Below are positions 28,330 to 39,393 of a stretch of 64,000 bases of DNA, in pieces; the stretch's first letter is position 1, and the number at the start of each line of letters is the position of its first letter. Location of the stretch: positions 1-64,000 of the IMG/VR virus record IMGVR_UViG_3300037295_000360. One strand, 5' to 3'. The notes under the pieces were generated by a model. It searched no databases and was not told where the DNA came from. It worked only from the letters and a program-made list of their open reading frames with translations. This stretch comes from an uncultured virus (IMG/VR IMGVR_UViG_3300037295_000360). Its lineage: Duplodnaviria > Heunggongvirae > Uroviricota > Caudoviricetes. Position numbers and translations under genes: made by a program.

Positions 28330-29634
28330 ATGAACAACTTCACCGATCTTCAATCAATTCAAAATTTTGTTAATGAGTCTAATAAAACAAACTCAAACAC
28401 TGATAAATTAAATGTACTTAAGTCATATACTGAAAATATCACAGTAAAAAAAGCCTTGCAATATACATATGATACATTTAAACAGTATGGTGTTACTTCA
28501 GAAAATTGTAAAAAAAATTCACAATTAGTTAAATACGGATATACTAATCTTTTCGTTTTACTAGACGATTTAAATAACAGATGGATAACAGGTCATACTG
28601 CGATCTCTAGTGTTAATGGATTCGTACAGGCAAATAAGAGATACGAGGATTTAATATTTAGTATTATTGATAGAAACCTAAAGACGCGTTCAACTACATC
28701 CATGATTAACAAGGTAATGCCAGGGTTAATACCTACATTTGATGTTGCTTTGGCAAATTCATACGATGAAAAAATGGCAAAGAAAATAGATCTAAACAAT
28801 GACGTATGGTACCTAAGTCGCAAGCTCGATGGTTGCAGATGTATCTGTATTATCGATGATAATGGAGAACCTAAATACTTTTCTAGGGCAGGTAATGAAT
28901 TCACAACTCTTAGGAACTTAGATTCTCAGATAATTTCGTTAGGATTAAAGAATGTAGTTATTGATGGTGAAATTTGCATGATGGATGAAAATGGAAATGA
29001 AAATTTTCAAGGAATTATTAAAGAAATTAAAAAGAAAGATCATTCGATTAGAAATCCTTTCTTTTATATGTTTGATATCATACCAACTGATGATTTTATT
29101 AACAAAAAGGGAAACACTCTTTTTGGAATTAGAAATGTGCAATTGGAAAATTTATTCTTTCAAAAAAAATTTAAAAACATAGGCGTATTAGAACAAAAAA
29201 TTGTAGTAGACGATAAGATGTTAAATCATTATATAGGATATGCAAAGGAACAAGGATGGGAAGGTTTAATGCTTAGACGTGATGCAGATTATATCGGTAA
29301 AAGAAGTAATGATGTTCTTAAGGTTAAACAATTCAGCGACGTAGAATACACTGTAATCGATATTGAAAATGCATTTAATAGAGTTATCGTCGATGGAGTA
29401 GAAATCGAAGAGATGATGATGAAAAATGTAGTTATTGAACACAAGGGAAATAGAGTTCAAGTAGGTAGTGGATTTAATCACGAACAGAAAAGATTCTTTT
29501 TTCAAAATCCTAATGAAATTTTAGGAAAGCAGATAACAGTACAATATTTTGAAGAAACTTTTAATGAAAAAGGAAGTTACTCATTAAGATTTCCAACATT
29601 TAAAGGATTGTATGAAACAGAAAGAAACTTTTAA
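28330..29634 (+). CDS. ATP-dependent DNA ligase
   Basis: KLDGCR, DGE, FDI, EGLMLR, KVK, SLRFP. Confidence 0.95.
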   Translation: MNNFTDLQSIQNFVNESNKTNSNTDKLNVLKSYTENITVKKALQYTYDTFKQYGVTSENCKKNSQLVKYGYTNLFVLLDDLNNRWITGHTAISSVNGFVQANKRYEDLIFSIIDRNLKTRSTTSMINKVMPGLIPTFDVALANSYDEKMAKKIDLNNDVWYLSRKLDGCRCICIIDDNGEPKYFSRAGNEFTTLRNLDSQIISLGLKNVVIDGEICMMDENGNENFQGIIKEIKKKDHSIRNPFFYMFDIIPTDDFINKKGNTLFGIRNVQLENLFFQKKFKNIGVLEQKIVVDDKMLNHYIGYAKEQGWEGLMLRRDADYIGKRSNDVLKVKQFSDVEYTVIDIENAFNRVIVDGVEIEEMMMKNVVIEHKGNRVQVGSGFNHEQKRFFFQNPNEILGKQITVQYFEETFNEKGSYSLRFPTFKGLYETERNF

Positions 29635-29952
29635 CAAAGATTTAACACTCTGTATTTTTTAATACAGAGTTTTTTAATTATATTTACATATATTAATTAA
29701 AATTAAATAAAATGGAAAAACAAAAACAACCTGAATTAGATAGATCTACATTTGAATTCACACAACCATCCAATTGTGTGTCTGATAGAGATGATTATGA
29801 AAAATTAATAATAGAATGTGAATCAAGCCTTGGTGTAGATTATGACAAAGGTGCATTTTTTGTATTAAAGACTAAAGGTTGGTCAATTGATAGTGAAGAT
29901 GACATACAAAGATTACTAGATAGAATCAGAACAAGCTTAAATATAAAAAAAA

Positions 29953-30315
29953 ATGTTTGAAAAAATAAAAAATAGGTTCTTCATGTATAAACCTACGCCG
30001 CAGGAATCTCAATTTATTGAGATAATAGACAGTCTTTTAAAAAACAAAGACACTAAAATCGAAATGACTCCATTAACTGATAAGTATTACATTTCAAATA
30101 TTCCATTGAAATATGACATTATGGTTAATGGTAGCACAATACAAGTTACTAATTCAGTTTTTTGTATTGCAAAAAATCTTCATTCAAATGTGCATGTCAA
30201 TATTATTAAAAAAATACAGGTAGCAATGGAAGAAGATAGAGCAATTTCAGAGGAAAGAATTTTCAGAAGAGAATCTATTATGTTAGAGAGTGTAATCACA
30301 TCATTAAATAAATAA
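29953..30315 (+). CDS. Hypothetical protein
   Basis: ORF in an operon. Confidence 0.55.
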   Translation: MFEKIKNRFFMYKPTPQESQFIEIIDSLLKNKDTKIEMTPLTDKYYISNIPLKYDIMVNGSTIQVTNSVFCIAKNLHSNVHVNIIKKIQVAMEEDRAISEERIFRRESIMLESVITSLNK

Positions 30316-30603
30316 ATAAAAATGGAAAATCAGAAAAACGAAGTTTGTTCGACTAATCGAAACAATAACCTATCCCTTAAAAAAACGAGTAATGTCATAA
30401 AAGTACATTATTCAAATGAAATCAGAGTGTATGACAATATACATTTCCCGGAGGCATACATTAATAAACTAAAACTCGATGGACGTAATCCTATTATTGC
30501 CGTTGAATTAAATGGAAGTTACATAGATCTTAAAAATAGATAATATTTAGTTGAAACCTTTTAAAGGATATTTATATAAATAGTAACTTAAAATAAATTA
30601 AAC

Positions 30604-30780
30604 ATGGAAGAATTATTAAATCAGATTACAGAAGCAGTTGATTCAATCAGAGAAGATGCAGCTAAGTTTGAAGCAAAGGGAAACGGAGCTGCAGGAACAC
30701 GTGTCAGAAAGGCAATGCAGACTATTAAGACACTTGCACAGGATGTTAGGGTTAATGTATCTGAATCCAAAAAGGCATAA
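30604..30780 (+). CDS. Histone H1-like nucleoid protein (Hc1 family, Bacteroidota type); absent from the ORF track
   Basis: MEELL..DAAKFEAKGNGAAGTRVRKAMQTIK.LAQDVR. Confidence 0.85.
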   Translation: MEELLNQITEAVDSIREDAAKFEAKGNGAAGTRVRKAMQTIKTLAQDVRVNVSESKKA

Positions 30781-30987
30781 CAATATTATTTTTAAAGGAT
30801 ATTTTCAGCAACGTAACCTAACTTGAAATTATATCAAACAAAAGATATCCTGTAAAATATATTGCTTAAAACCTATTCACGTTAAGGTATAAGTAGTTTC
30901 GCGCGGTGGTGATGCAACAGTCATCGAGTCTTTCAGAACAAGACATTAAACAATTCGAAACCTGTAATTTATTACAAAACTATCATA

Positions 30988-31016
30988 GAGGGTGCCGTAG
31001 GTGACCCTCTTTTTTA
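30988..31016 (+). terminator. Intrinsic terminator
   Basis: AGAGGGT..ACCCTCTTTTTT. Confidence 0.75.
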
Positions 31017-31053
31017 TTAAATATATAATTAAAAATAGCAGGTTAGAGATATC

Positions 31054-31587
31054 ATGAAAAAAAGAATGCACATCTGGATTCAAATCATTTTTGGATTAAT
31101 TTTAATTATATTAATATATTTTTTAATAAACAAACAACCTGAAATAACCTTTAAAAAGGTTGCATTTACCGAGAAAAATGTAGTAATCAACAGGACTAAA
31201 AACAGCTTTTTAGATACCATCGTATTAGCAGGTTTAAATTCTATGAAAATAGATAGTGTAACAGTTGCTGTTTTTCCATTAACATCTGACCAAATTGATG
31301 GATTTGAATTAAAGGGATTAATCTATCAGACAAAAAATGGACAGTATGTTATTCACGTAAAAAAAACTAACAGAAGAGAATCTATTGAAATCATAGCACA
31401 TGAATTAATTCATCTTAGACAATATCTTTCAAAAGAATTAATAGTAGAATTAAACGGAGTTAGATATAAAAACATTTTCTATGATTTTGAATACTTTCCA
31501 GATTATTATGGTAGGGTATGGGAGAAAGAAGCATTCGATGAACAAAATAAAGTTGAAGCCAGTATCATGAAAATCTTATATAAATGA
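31054..31587 (+). CDS. Membrane-anchored zincin-like metallopeptidase
   Basis: IAHELIHLRQ...WEKEA; N-terminal TM helix. Confidence 0.75.
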   Translation: MKKRMHIWIQIIFGLILIILIYFLINKQPEITFKKVAFTEKNVVINRTKNSFLDTIVLAGLNSMKIDSVTVAVFPLTSDQIDGFELKGLIYQTKNGQYVIHVKKTNRRESIEIIAHELIHLRQYLSKELIVELNGVRYKNIFYDFEYFPDYYGRVWEKEAFDEQNKVEASIMKILYK

Positions 31588-31635
31588 TGAAACATACTAT
31601 AAATTATCCATATAATATATAAATACAATAAAAAC

Positions 31636-32058
31636 ATGAAAGATACGTTATTATTTTGGCCTTACTTTATTAAAGAGGCTTATATATCTAGAAAGTACTT
31701 TAACGCAGTAAAGGGTATTGAAAAGGAGTTAAATGCTGCAAATCTTCGTGTTGATTGGATTGGAAGAATTTACGGAGTAATGTCAATTAAAGAAGAGTTT
31801 ATGAATCAACCTGAACTTGTGCAGCAATCTATTGTTTTTCAACAATTAGCACCTGTAAACGATCTTCTTATAAAATATGGATTATCAGACTTGTCATATC
31901 CTGAAATAAGTAAAATAAAAGGAACTGAACAGTTTTTAGTAGTTCTATATCCTGAAAATGATTATTTTAATACAGAGGCATTTTTTAGAAATTTATTAGT
32001 ATTAGGGATGTGGTCAGGTGGATTACTTTTGTTAAATTATATCTTTAATCTAGTTTAA
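31636..32058 (+). CDS. Hypothetical membrane protein
   Basis: LRVDWIGRIY; C-terminal TM helix. Confidence 0.6.
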   Translation: MKDTLLFWPYFIKEAYISRKYFNAVKGIEKELNAANLRVDWIGRIYGVMSIKEEFMNQPELVQQSIVFQQLAPVNDLLIKYGLSDLSYPEISKIKGTEQFLVVLYPENDYFNTEAFFRNLLVLGMWSGGLLLLNYIFNLV

Positions 32059-32068
32059 CTGAAAAATT

Positions 32069-32821
32069 ATGAATAATAGTGAAACTATTATAAGAGTAGA
32101 CGTCAATGGAGAGAGACACTATCAAGTAACAATTAATGACATCGTAATTGGAACCTTTCCATCAATGACTACTGTTCTTGGAAATACAAAGGATGATACT
32201 GGGTTAGATAATTGGAGAGATAGAGTAGGCCCCGAAGAAGCTGATAGAATTACAAACCTATCCGGGAACAGAGGAACTATAATGCATCGATTAATTGAAA
32301 TATACAAGTTAATACAAGGCACACCACATGAAAGATTATCAAATCTAATATATTTATCAGGTAGCGATAAAGAAATCAATCAATTTAACGAGAATGAACA
32401 TGGAGGTGTGTGGCTAAATGCAGGTTGGGAAATGTTTCTAAAATTCTGGATGCACCATGATCTATTTTTTGATAGAATTCAAAAGGTACTAGCTTCAGAA
32501 AAATTTATATGGTCAGGTAAGGGATATGCTGGTACTTTAGACAATGTATCACAACTATATGATGGTAAAATATTAATCATAGATTATAAGAATTCCAGGA
32601 GACCTAAAAAAGATGAATGGATTCAGGATTATTTTATACAAGTTGCTGGATACGCAATTGCATTCTGGGAACGTACAGGAATAGTTCCTACAGGATGTGA
32701 GGTTTGGATTGCAAATGAAATGGAAGACAAACCTCAAATATTTACATTAACACAACCTGATATTAAATACTATTATAGAGAATTTATTAAAAGATTAAAT
32801 CAATATGCAAATGAAAAATAG
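32069..32821 (+). CDS. PD-(D/E)XK exonuclease (phage Cas4-like)
   Basis: PSMTTVL, RGT.MH, AGTLD, IDYKNS, Q..GYA. Confidence 0.88.
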   Translation: MNNSETIIRVDVNGERHYQVTINDIVIGTFPSMTTVLGNTKDDTGLDNWRDRVGPEEADRITNLSGNRGTIMHRLIEIYKLIQGTPHERLSNLIYLSGSDKEINQFNENEHGGVWLNAGWEMFLKFWMHHDLFFDRIQKVLASEKFIWSGKGYAGTLDNVSQLYDGKILIIDYKNSRRPKKDEWIQDYFIQVAGYAIAFWERTGIVPTGCEVWIANEMEDKPQIFTLTQPDIKYYYREFIKRLNQYANEK

Positions 32822-33896
32822 CGAAATATTTTTACATGAATACCTTAATGCATTTTCGCCAGTAGGCCAAGAAACAGAAGGTCAGAATATATGGACAGAT
32901 TATATTCGTCCATTAGTTGACGAACTTAATGTTGATGCGTATGGAACGGCATATGGAATTCTAAAGAATAAAACACATTCAGGAGATGTACTCGCTTCCA
33001 ATATCCAAAGGGTTGTTATTGAAGCTCATTGCGACGAGATTGCATGGATCATCACATCGATTGAATCAAGTGGAATGATTAGGGTTAAACGACATGGTGG
33101 TTCTGATAATATGATTGCACCTTCTAAGAAGGTAATGATACATACACACGATGGCAACAAACTTAGAGGAGTTTTCGGATGGCCTGCTATTCATACGAGG
33201 GAACATACAACATCGCTTGGTTTTTCTCAACATGAATTATGGGTTGATATGGGACTTAAAAATAAGAAGAAGGTCCTAAATGCAGGTGTAGAGGTTGGAA
33301 ACCTAATAACCTTCGACACTCAATTAGAAGAAATAGGAGATTTTTATGTTGGAAGATCACTTGACAATAAGATTGGAGGATATATTATAGCCGAAGCACT
33401 TAGATCAATAGTAGAACATAATATAAACCTTCCATATGATTTATACGTTGTTAACTCGGTACAGGAAGAGGTAGGATCACATGGTGCCGCATTAATTGCA
33501 AAGAAATTAAATGCCAATATTGCAATAGTTCATGATGTATGCCATGCAACGGATACGCCTGCAATGTCTACTGCAATTAATGGTGACAACAGGGCCGGAA
33601 GTGGACCATGTTTAGAATATACTGCACAGAATCATAGAAAAATAAACAAAATGTTAAGGAAAATTGCAGATATACATAAAATTCCTTTACAGTTAACAGT
33701 AGGATCAATGGGAAATGATACTATGTCATTTTTCATGGAAAATACACCTACTGCAATAATTGCAACACCAATGAGATATATGCATACTACGGTAGAAATG
33801 TGTCATAAAACAGATATAAAAAATGCAATTAAGCTTTTTGTTGAATTCTTAAAGGAATTAACACCTAAAAGGATTAACGAAATAAACAATAGATAA
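32805..33896 (+). CDS. M42 family aminopeptidase
   Basis: AHCDEI, LDNKIG, VQEEVG, HDV, RYMHT. Confidence 0.92.
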   Translation: MQMKNSEIFLHEYLNAFSPVGQETEGQNIWTDYIRPLVDELNVDAYGTAYGILKNKTHSGDVLASNIQRVVIEAHCDEIAWIITSIESSGMIRVKRHGGSDNMIAPSKKVMIHTHDGNKLRGVFGWPAIHTREHTTSLGFSQHELWVDMGLKNKKKVLNAGVEVGNLITFDTQLEEIGDFYVGRSLDNKIGGYIIAEALRSIVEHNINLPYDLYVVNSVQEEVGSHGAALIAKKLNANIAIVHDVCHATDTPAMSTAINGDNRAGSGPCLEYTAQNHRKINKMLRKIADIHKIPLQLTVGSMGNDTMSFFMENTPTAIIATPMRYMHTTVEMCHKTDIKNAIKLFVEFLKELTPKRINEINNR

Positions 33897-33924
33897 ATAA
33901 TATCTAATTAAAATAATTTTTACT

Positions 33925-34215
33925 ATGAACACATTAAATGATTTTTTTACAAAGCATGGCACAAAGGTAGTTACCGTTTTACTAGTATTAATACTATTCA
34001 AATCATGTGGAATTGGATTCTCAATCGATACTCTTAAAAAACAAAGCAAATCAAATACAGAACTTATTGTTAAATTACCAACAAAACTTGATGTTAAAAT
34101 AGAAGGACTTAACATTGAAAAAAGAATGATACAGGCAACTGACAGAAAAATGCTAGATGTTCAGCGACAGAATCAAATCGAAAAAGAAATAAAGGAATTA
34201 GAATCTATTAAGTAA
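33925..34215 (+). CDS. Membrane/lipoprotein with coiled coil
   Basis: TM segment followed by FKSC. Confidence 0.55.
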   Translation: MNTLNDFFTKHGTKVVTVLLVLILFKSCGIGFSIDTLKKQSKSNTELIVKLPTKLDVKIEGLNIEKRMIQATDRKMLDVQRQNQIEKEIKELESIK

Positions 34216-34407
34216 TGGCTATTGAAAAAAATAAACAGATATACGGAGTTGGAAGTGATATAGCAAAGGCAGCTAGAGCGCTTAGACTTGATCAATTAGC
34301 TCAAAGAATTGCAAAGGCGACTGGCGCTGAAGATTGTGGTTGCGCGGCAAGAGCAGAAAGATTAAATAATCCAGATCTATTAATTAACAAAATATTTTAT
34401 AAAAACA

Positions 34408-35124
34408 ATGATGAAAACATCAAAGAATAAAATTACAAACATATTTATAATATGTACATTTGTTGGTTTGTATTTACTCACGAGTATTGTTTCCACGATT
34501 CACGTTGTAGATTTTTTTAAATTATCTAATCCTAATTGGCTAGCTATCACATTAGCAATAGGATTTGAATTAGGAGCTGCCGCTTCCCTTGCAGCACTTG
34601 TTATACTAGAAAAAATGAACAAAACTTTAATTTGGTCATTATTTATTACAATTACACTTGTTCAAATGCAAGGAAATATGTATTATGCATACTCACATAT
34701 TTCCGATTTTAAAGGATGGATAGAATTATTTAATTTAGTAGAATGGGAACCTATTGCACAAAAAAGAATATTAGCTACAGTATCAGGAGCAATATTGCCA
34801 TTAGTGGCACTTGGATTTATTAAATCATTAGTTGACTATATTAGACCAGAATCTATAATTGGAAAAGAGGATTCATTTAAAAATCCTATACCTGAAAATG
34901 ACATAGAAGAAGAGAAGGATTCATTTGAATATGATGTAATTTCCATGGATGATGATATAGAATTACAGACGATGTCGGTTGAAAAAAAAACACCTGATGC
35001 CGGAATATTAAATTCAATTAATAAATCAAAACAAATAGTTGACGATAAACGAGGACCTCTATATCCATATAGAACCGATATTAAACCTATGTCTGATAAG
35101 AATATCAATCAAACTAACGATTAA
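34408..35124 (+). CDS. Multi-pass membrane protein
   Basis: About four hydrophobic helices. Confidence 0.7.
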   Translation: MMKTSKNKITNIFIICTFVGLYLLTSIVSTIHVVDFFKLSNPNWLAITLAIGFELGAAASLAALVILEKMNKTLIWSLFITITLVQMQGNMYYAYSHISDFKGWIELFNLVEWEPIAQKRILATVSGAILPLVALGFIKSLVDYIRPESIIGKEDSFKNPIPENDIEEEKDSFEYDVISMDDDIELQTMSVEKKTPDAGILNSINKSKQIVDDKRGPLYPYRTDIKPMSDKNINQTND

Positions 35125-35143
35125 TTATTTAATATTATAATAA

Positions 35144-35542
35144 ATGAAGATTCCCAAGTCTTATATTAATAAAAAATTAGAATCAAGTAGTATACCAACC
35201 ATATTAAAGTCGGATCATCATACTGCTTACAGGTTATATTTAATAACAAACAATATTAAAGAAGTAGAAAATTTTGCAACAATAGATTCTTTAGATTATA
35301 ATCTAATAGCTTATGTTAAAACAGAGTGCGGATTTACTGGTTTGGCTAGAAAACAAATATGGGATATTATTCACCTACAACCTTTACTTAAAAAAATACC
35401 AAGATATACCTTACAATGTGAACTGAGGCATAGAATGACTAATAAGGTTATTTATAAATGTGTTTTTCAACATAAGAATATAAATGTAATGTATACACAG
35501 ATACAAGAATGTATTAAACAATTAAATGAAATATTAAAATGA
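35144..35542 (+). CDS. Hypothetical protein
   Basis: ORF coupled to the amidase gene. Confidence 0.55.
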   Translation: MKIPKSYINKKLESSSIPTILKSDHHTAYRLYLITNNIKEVENFATIDSLDYNLIAYVKTECGFTGLARKQIWDIIHLQPLLKKIPRYTLQCELRHRMTNKVIYKCVFQHKNINVMYTQIQECIKQLNEILK

Positions 35543-36438
35543 GAAGTTTATTAAAACGAGGAGATAAAGGAGAAGATGTAAAACTAATACAGACTGCATT
35601 AGGATTAAATCCTGATGGTAAATTCGGACCTAAGACTGAATACTCAGTTAAGAACTTTCAAGGAATTCACGGAATGAATATTGATGGAATAGTAGGTCCA
35701 TTAACTCAAACTGCTATTTTCAAAAAGGATTTAGAGAAACATTTAGATTCGCAGGTTACTGTAAACCAATTTGAATTGGCATATTTAGATCCTGATGAAT
35801 ATAATGCAGGCCCACATAGGCCAGAATATTTGTTTTTACACCATACGGCAGGTAGCGAAAATCCATTTGCAGTCGTGAATCAATGGAACAATGATTCACG
35901 AGGAAAAATAGGTACCGAGTTCTTAATAGGAGGTCAATCAGTTAGGAACGGAAATACAAAATATGATGGTGTTATATTAAAATGTATGCCTGATGGTGGA
36001 TATGCATGGCACCTAGGAGAAAATGGTTCACAACATATGCATGTTAATTCAGTAGGTGTTGAGGTTTGTAGTTTTGGTCCACTTACCCCTACATCAAACG
36101 GAGGATATAAAACTTATAATGGTACATTGGTTCACCATAGTCAAGTTTGCGATCTTGGATTCAAGTTTAGAGGATATCAATTCTATCACAAATATTCAGA
36201 TGCGCAAATTGAATCATTAATGGAATTAATTTTATTCATTAAGAAGAGAGATGGAATAGATATTAAAAAAGGATTAATAGAATGGTTAGCTGTTAAAACA
36301 CCAGGAGAAGCATTTGATTTCAACAAAGACGCATGGTCAGGTAAGGTTAAAGGTATGTTAACACATACATCTACTCGCAAAGATAAAAGCGATATGAGCC
36401 CACAGCCTAACTTAATTAAAATGCTTAAGTCAATATAA
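35539..36438 (+). CDS. Endolysin: peptidoglycan-binding domain plus N-acetylmuramoyl-L-alanine amidase
   Basis: LKRGDKG.DV..IQ..L..DG.FG..T..V..FQ..DGIVG; HHTAG, AWH.G, S.GVE, TH..RKDK.D. Confidence 0.88.
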   Translation: MRSLLKRGDKGEDVKLIQTALGLNPDGKFGPKTEYSVKNFQGIHGMNIDGIVGPLTQTAIFKKDLEKHLDSQVTVNQFELAYLDPDEYNAGPHRPEYLFLHHTAGSENPFAVVNQWNNDSRGKIGTEFLIGGQSVRNGNTKYDGVILKCMPDGGYAWHLGENGSQHMHVNSVGVEVCSFGPLTPTSNGGYKTYNGTLVHHSQVCDLGFKFRGYQFYHKYSDAQIESLMELILFIKKRDGIDIKKGLIEWLAVKTPGEAFDFNKDAWSGKVKGMLTHTSTRKDKSDMSPQPNLIKMLKSI

Positions 36439-36509
36439 GGAAGTGAAACAAAATAAAATAAATGTATATAATAAATCTAATATAAATAAATTTAAATTAA
36501 TATCTATCT

Positions 36510-36785
36510 ATGAAAACAAACGAAGATGTAACTAGAAATCAAGAGCCATTACCTGAGGAATATGATGGGCCATTAACTGAGCAATCATCAGGTAATGAAA
36601 ACAGAGCACAGAAAACTGAAAATGTTTCTCCTATTTTCGAAGAAATTAAAGGAATGGATGTTGGAGGAGCTGTAAATGTGTTGATTCAAGTTGCTCAACA
36701 ATCACAAAGTGCAGGAGTTCTTACAATTAGGGATTCAGTAGTAGTCGCACATGCTATTAGTATATTGCATCCAGGAAGTATTTAA
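36510..36785 (+). CDS. Hypothetical protein
   Basis: ORF followed by a terminator at ~36795-36828. Confidence 0.6.
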   Translation: MKTNEDVTRNQEPLPEEYDGPLTEQSSGNENRAQKTENVSPIFEEIKGMDVGGAVNVLIQVAQQSQSAGVLTIRDSVVVAHAISILHPGSI

Positions 36786-37383
36786 TAAGAAACAAAAACC
36801 CTATGAATTTATTTATGGGGTTTTTTTATGCAAAGTATAAATTAATAACCAAGCCAACAATAGCATATAACTGATGTTAGCAAATCGTTGTGTAATTTAA
36901 AAAAAAACTCATGGAAAAATTAAAACAAGAAATTATTAATATTTTAATTTCAGAACAAGAAAAATGTAAAATAGGTTCGGATGTAGAATATTCTAGTGAA
37001 TTATGTGTATTTAGTGATGATTTTGAATTAGTGTCAGATAAAATAATCACACTTATTCAGATTATTTTTGACCCCGAAAACCAACCAAATCAATTAGGAA
37101 TAGAAAACCCTTTTGATTTTAAATAATGTATGCCTGATGGTATTGAAACAGAAGAAGACCACGAAGAATATTTAAAAGCGATAGGTTATGAAAAATAAAT
37201 AAAAATGATGCCGAAAAATCAAAAAATAGTACTTTTTTGGGAAAAAGAAGGATACCACTTTGGAGAGTTTTGTAATGATTGGATAAATAAAGGATATGTT
37301 ATACATCAAGTCATAAATGTAGGTAAGTCTATTTATTTACTACTATACAAATATGTTTCTTTTGAAAACGATTAGTAACAATG

Positions 37384-37523
37384 TTTGCTAACGGTTCTCG
37401 GCTATACGTCTGTTGTGGTCAAGAAATGCAGAATGTTTCAGTTTAAGACTGATTTGACAGACACAAAACAAATTATAAATTAATAACCAAAGCCCACAAT
37501 AGCGTATAACTGATGTTAGCAAA
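37384..37523. mobile_element. attC-like recombination site (right-half copy at 36836-36884)
   Basis: TGCTAAC..GTTAGCA cores; inner imperfect inverted repeat with one extra base; about 140 bp. Confidence 0.6.
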
Positions 37524-37551
37524 TTGTTGTGTGAATTTAAAACAAAACGTG

Positions 37552-37947
37552 ATGGAAGAACAATTTATAAACTATAATCAATCATTGAAGATAAAAGAAT
37601 TAGGTTTTGATGAACCCTGCTTAGGGTTATACTATGGAACATCTATAAAAGAAGTTCCTGAATTTCTTTTTGAAAAAAGGAGTTCTCAATATAGTGCGAA
37701 AAAAGGATTTATTGATGCGGTATTAGCTCCACTCTATCAACAAGCCTTTAAATGGTTTATTGAAAAATATAAATTAAATGGATATATAAGTTATAGCAAA
37801 AGTTATGATTGGCAATTTATAATTGATGATATTGTTTCTGATGATGTTGTTATAGAAGTTTTATATTTCAAAACACAAGAAGAAGCTATGTTAAATTGTT
37901 TAGACAATCTTTTAGAAAAAGCATCTTTGAAAACGATTAGCAAATAG
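37552..37947 (+). CDS. Hypothetical phage protein (cassette-like)
   Basis: KELGFDEPC..APLYQQAF.WF. Confidence 0.65.
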   Translation: MEEQFINYNQSLKIKELGFDEPCLGLYYGTSIKEVPEFLFEKRSSQYSAKKGFIDAVLAPLYQQAFKWFIEKYKLNGYISYSKSYDWQFIIDDIVSDDVVIEVLYFKTQEEAMLNCLDNLLEKASLKTISK

Positions 37948-37969
37948 TTGTGGGAATTTAAAACAAACC

Positions 37970-38266
37970 GTGATGGAAGAATTAATTGAACAAAGTATAG
38001 GTAAAGAATATGGAGTTACTACAAGAAAAGTAGGAATGTATCATAACTATTCTTTTTTATTGCCTACACTTGAATTATTAGTAGAACAAAGAAAAAAATT
38101 AAAAATATCTTTAAATAAAATGAGTAAAGATTTATACGGTAGCAGATACTATGTTAATTATTTATCTAAAATTGAAAAAGGAAAAATACCAAATGTAAGT
38201 TATGAAGTAGTTGCAAGAATATATTCTTATCTTGGAGAAATAGAATATCAAATAAATAAAAAATAA
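37970..38266 (+). CDS. XRE-like HTH protein
   Basis: RKKLKISL..MS.......YLSKIEKGK..N.S. Confidence 0.6.
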   Translation: MMEELIEQSIGKEYGVTTRKVGMYHNYSFLLPTLELLVEQRKKLKISLNKMSKDLYGSRYYVNYLSKIEKGKIPNVSYEVVARIYSYLGEIEYQINKK

Positions 38267-38268
38267 TT

Positions 38269-38505
38269 ATGACAGCAAAAGAAAAAGCAAAAGAGTTGTT
38301 TGATAAATTTAGACCGCTTGCGTATCACGATGAAAGAGAAATTGGCTCTTATCAATTAATGCAAGAAATACACAACGCAAAGCAATGCGCGTTAATTTTA
38401 TTTGATGAGATATTAAAAAACAACGAAATTTTTTTACATCCAGACGAATCTTATTTATATTCTTTATATTGTAAAGAAGTTAAACAAGAAATAACCGAAC
38501 TATGA
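38269..38505 (+). CDS. Hypothetical phage protein
   Basis: MTAKEKAKEL..AKQCALI..DEI..EVKQEI. Confidence 0.65.
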   Translation: MTAKEKAKELFDKFRPLAYHDEREIGSYQLMQEIHNAKQCALILFDEILKNNEIFLHPDESYLYSLYCKEVKQEITEL

Positions 38506-39393
38506 AATACTTTAAAGTAAACAAAAAGAAAGAGAAGAAAGACATTAATAAATTGATTAAACAGGTCCTTATGGAAACGCATACGCATTAATGGCATATG
38601 CTAGGAGATTTTCAAAACAATTAGAAATGGATGGTGATGAAATTATTTCTGAAATGATGTCAAGTGACTATGAAAATTTAATACGTGCATTTGACAAAAA
38701 TTTCGGAAGTTTTGTCAAATGCTATATAGATAAAATAATTTAAATTATAATAAATATAATATCTATAAAAATAATAAATATTATGAGCGATTCTAAACAC
38801 ACACTAGAAGGTTTTCTCAAAACATTTTGGAATTTTGATTTAAATGTTCTTAAGAAAAACAAGAGAGTAGAAATAGATTACAGTATGGATTCTATTCAAC
38901 AGGCTAAACATCATTTAGAAAAAATGCTACAAGATGCAAGAAGAGATCTTGCAAAGGCTCATAAATCACACAAAGCAGGAAAGCTAGATATCGAAGAACT
39001 ATTCGACTATCAATGGCACGTTAATGACTTAGAACAACAAATCAAAAATCTAGAAGACTACTCAACAGATATATGAAAACACTATACGACTCAATAGACT
39101 CACTAGTTGCAGAAGAGCTTAAAATAGACATTAACACTTACATTAGAATAATAGAATGTGAATGTACTGAAGACGAAGCTGAATTTATTATTATGACAAT
39201 CATAGAAGGTGACTCTGCTAACTTTCAAAAGGCAAAAGACGCATTTTACCAATACTTATGAAAAGCATAAACTATTTTAAGGGTTTTCTAGAAACAGCTG
39301 CACTTTTTGCCTTTGTATTTGTATACTAGTGGTGTTGGTTTAAAGCATTAGATTGGATTTTATCATTTATATAATAAACATTAAATACAAAGA

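Noticed and set aside
30638..30826. 62-aa ORF from the track
   Set aside because: Out-of-frame shadow of the Hc1-like gene at 30604-30780
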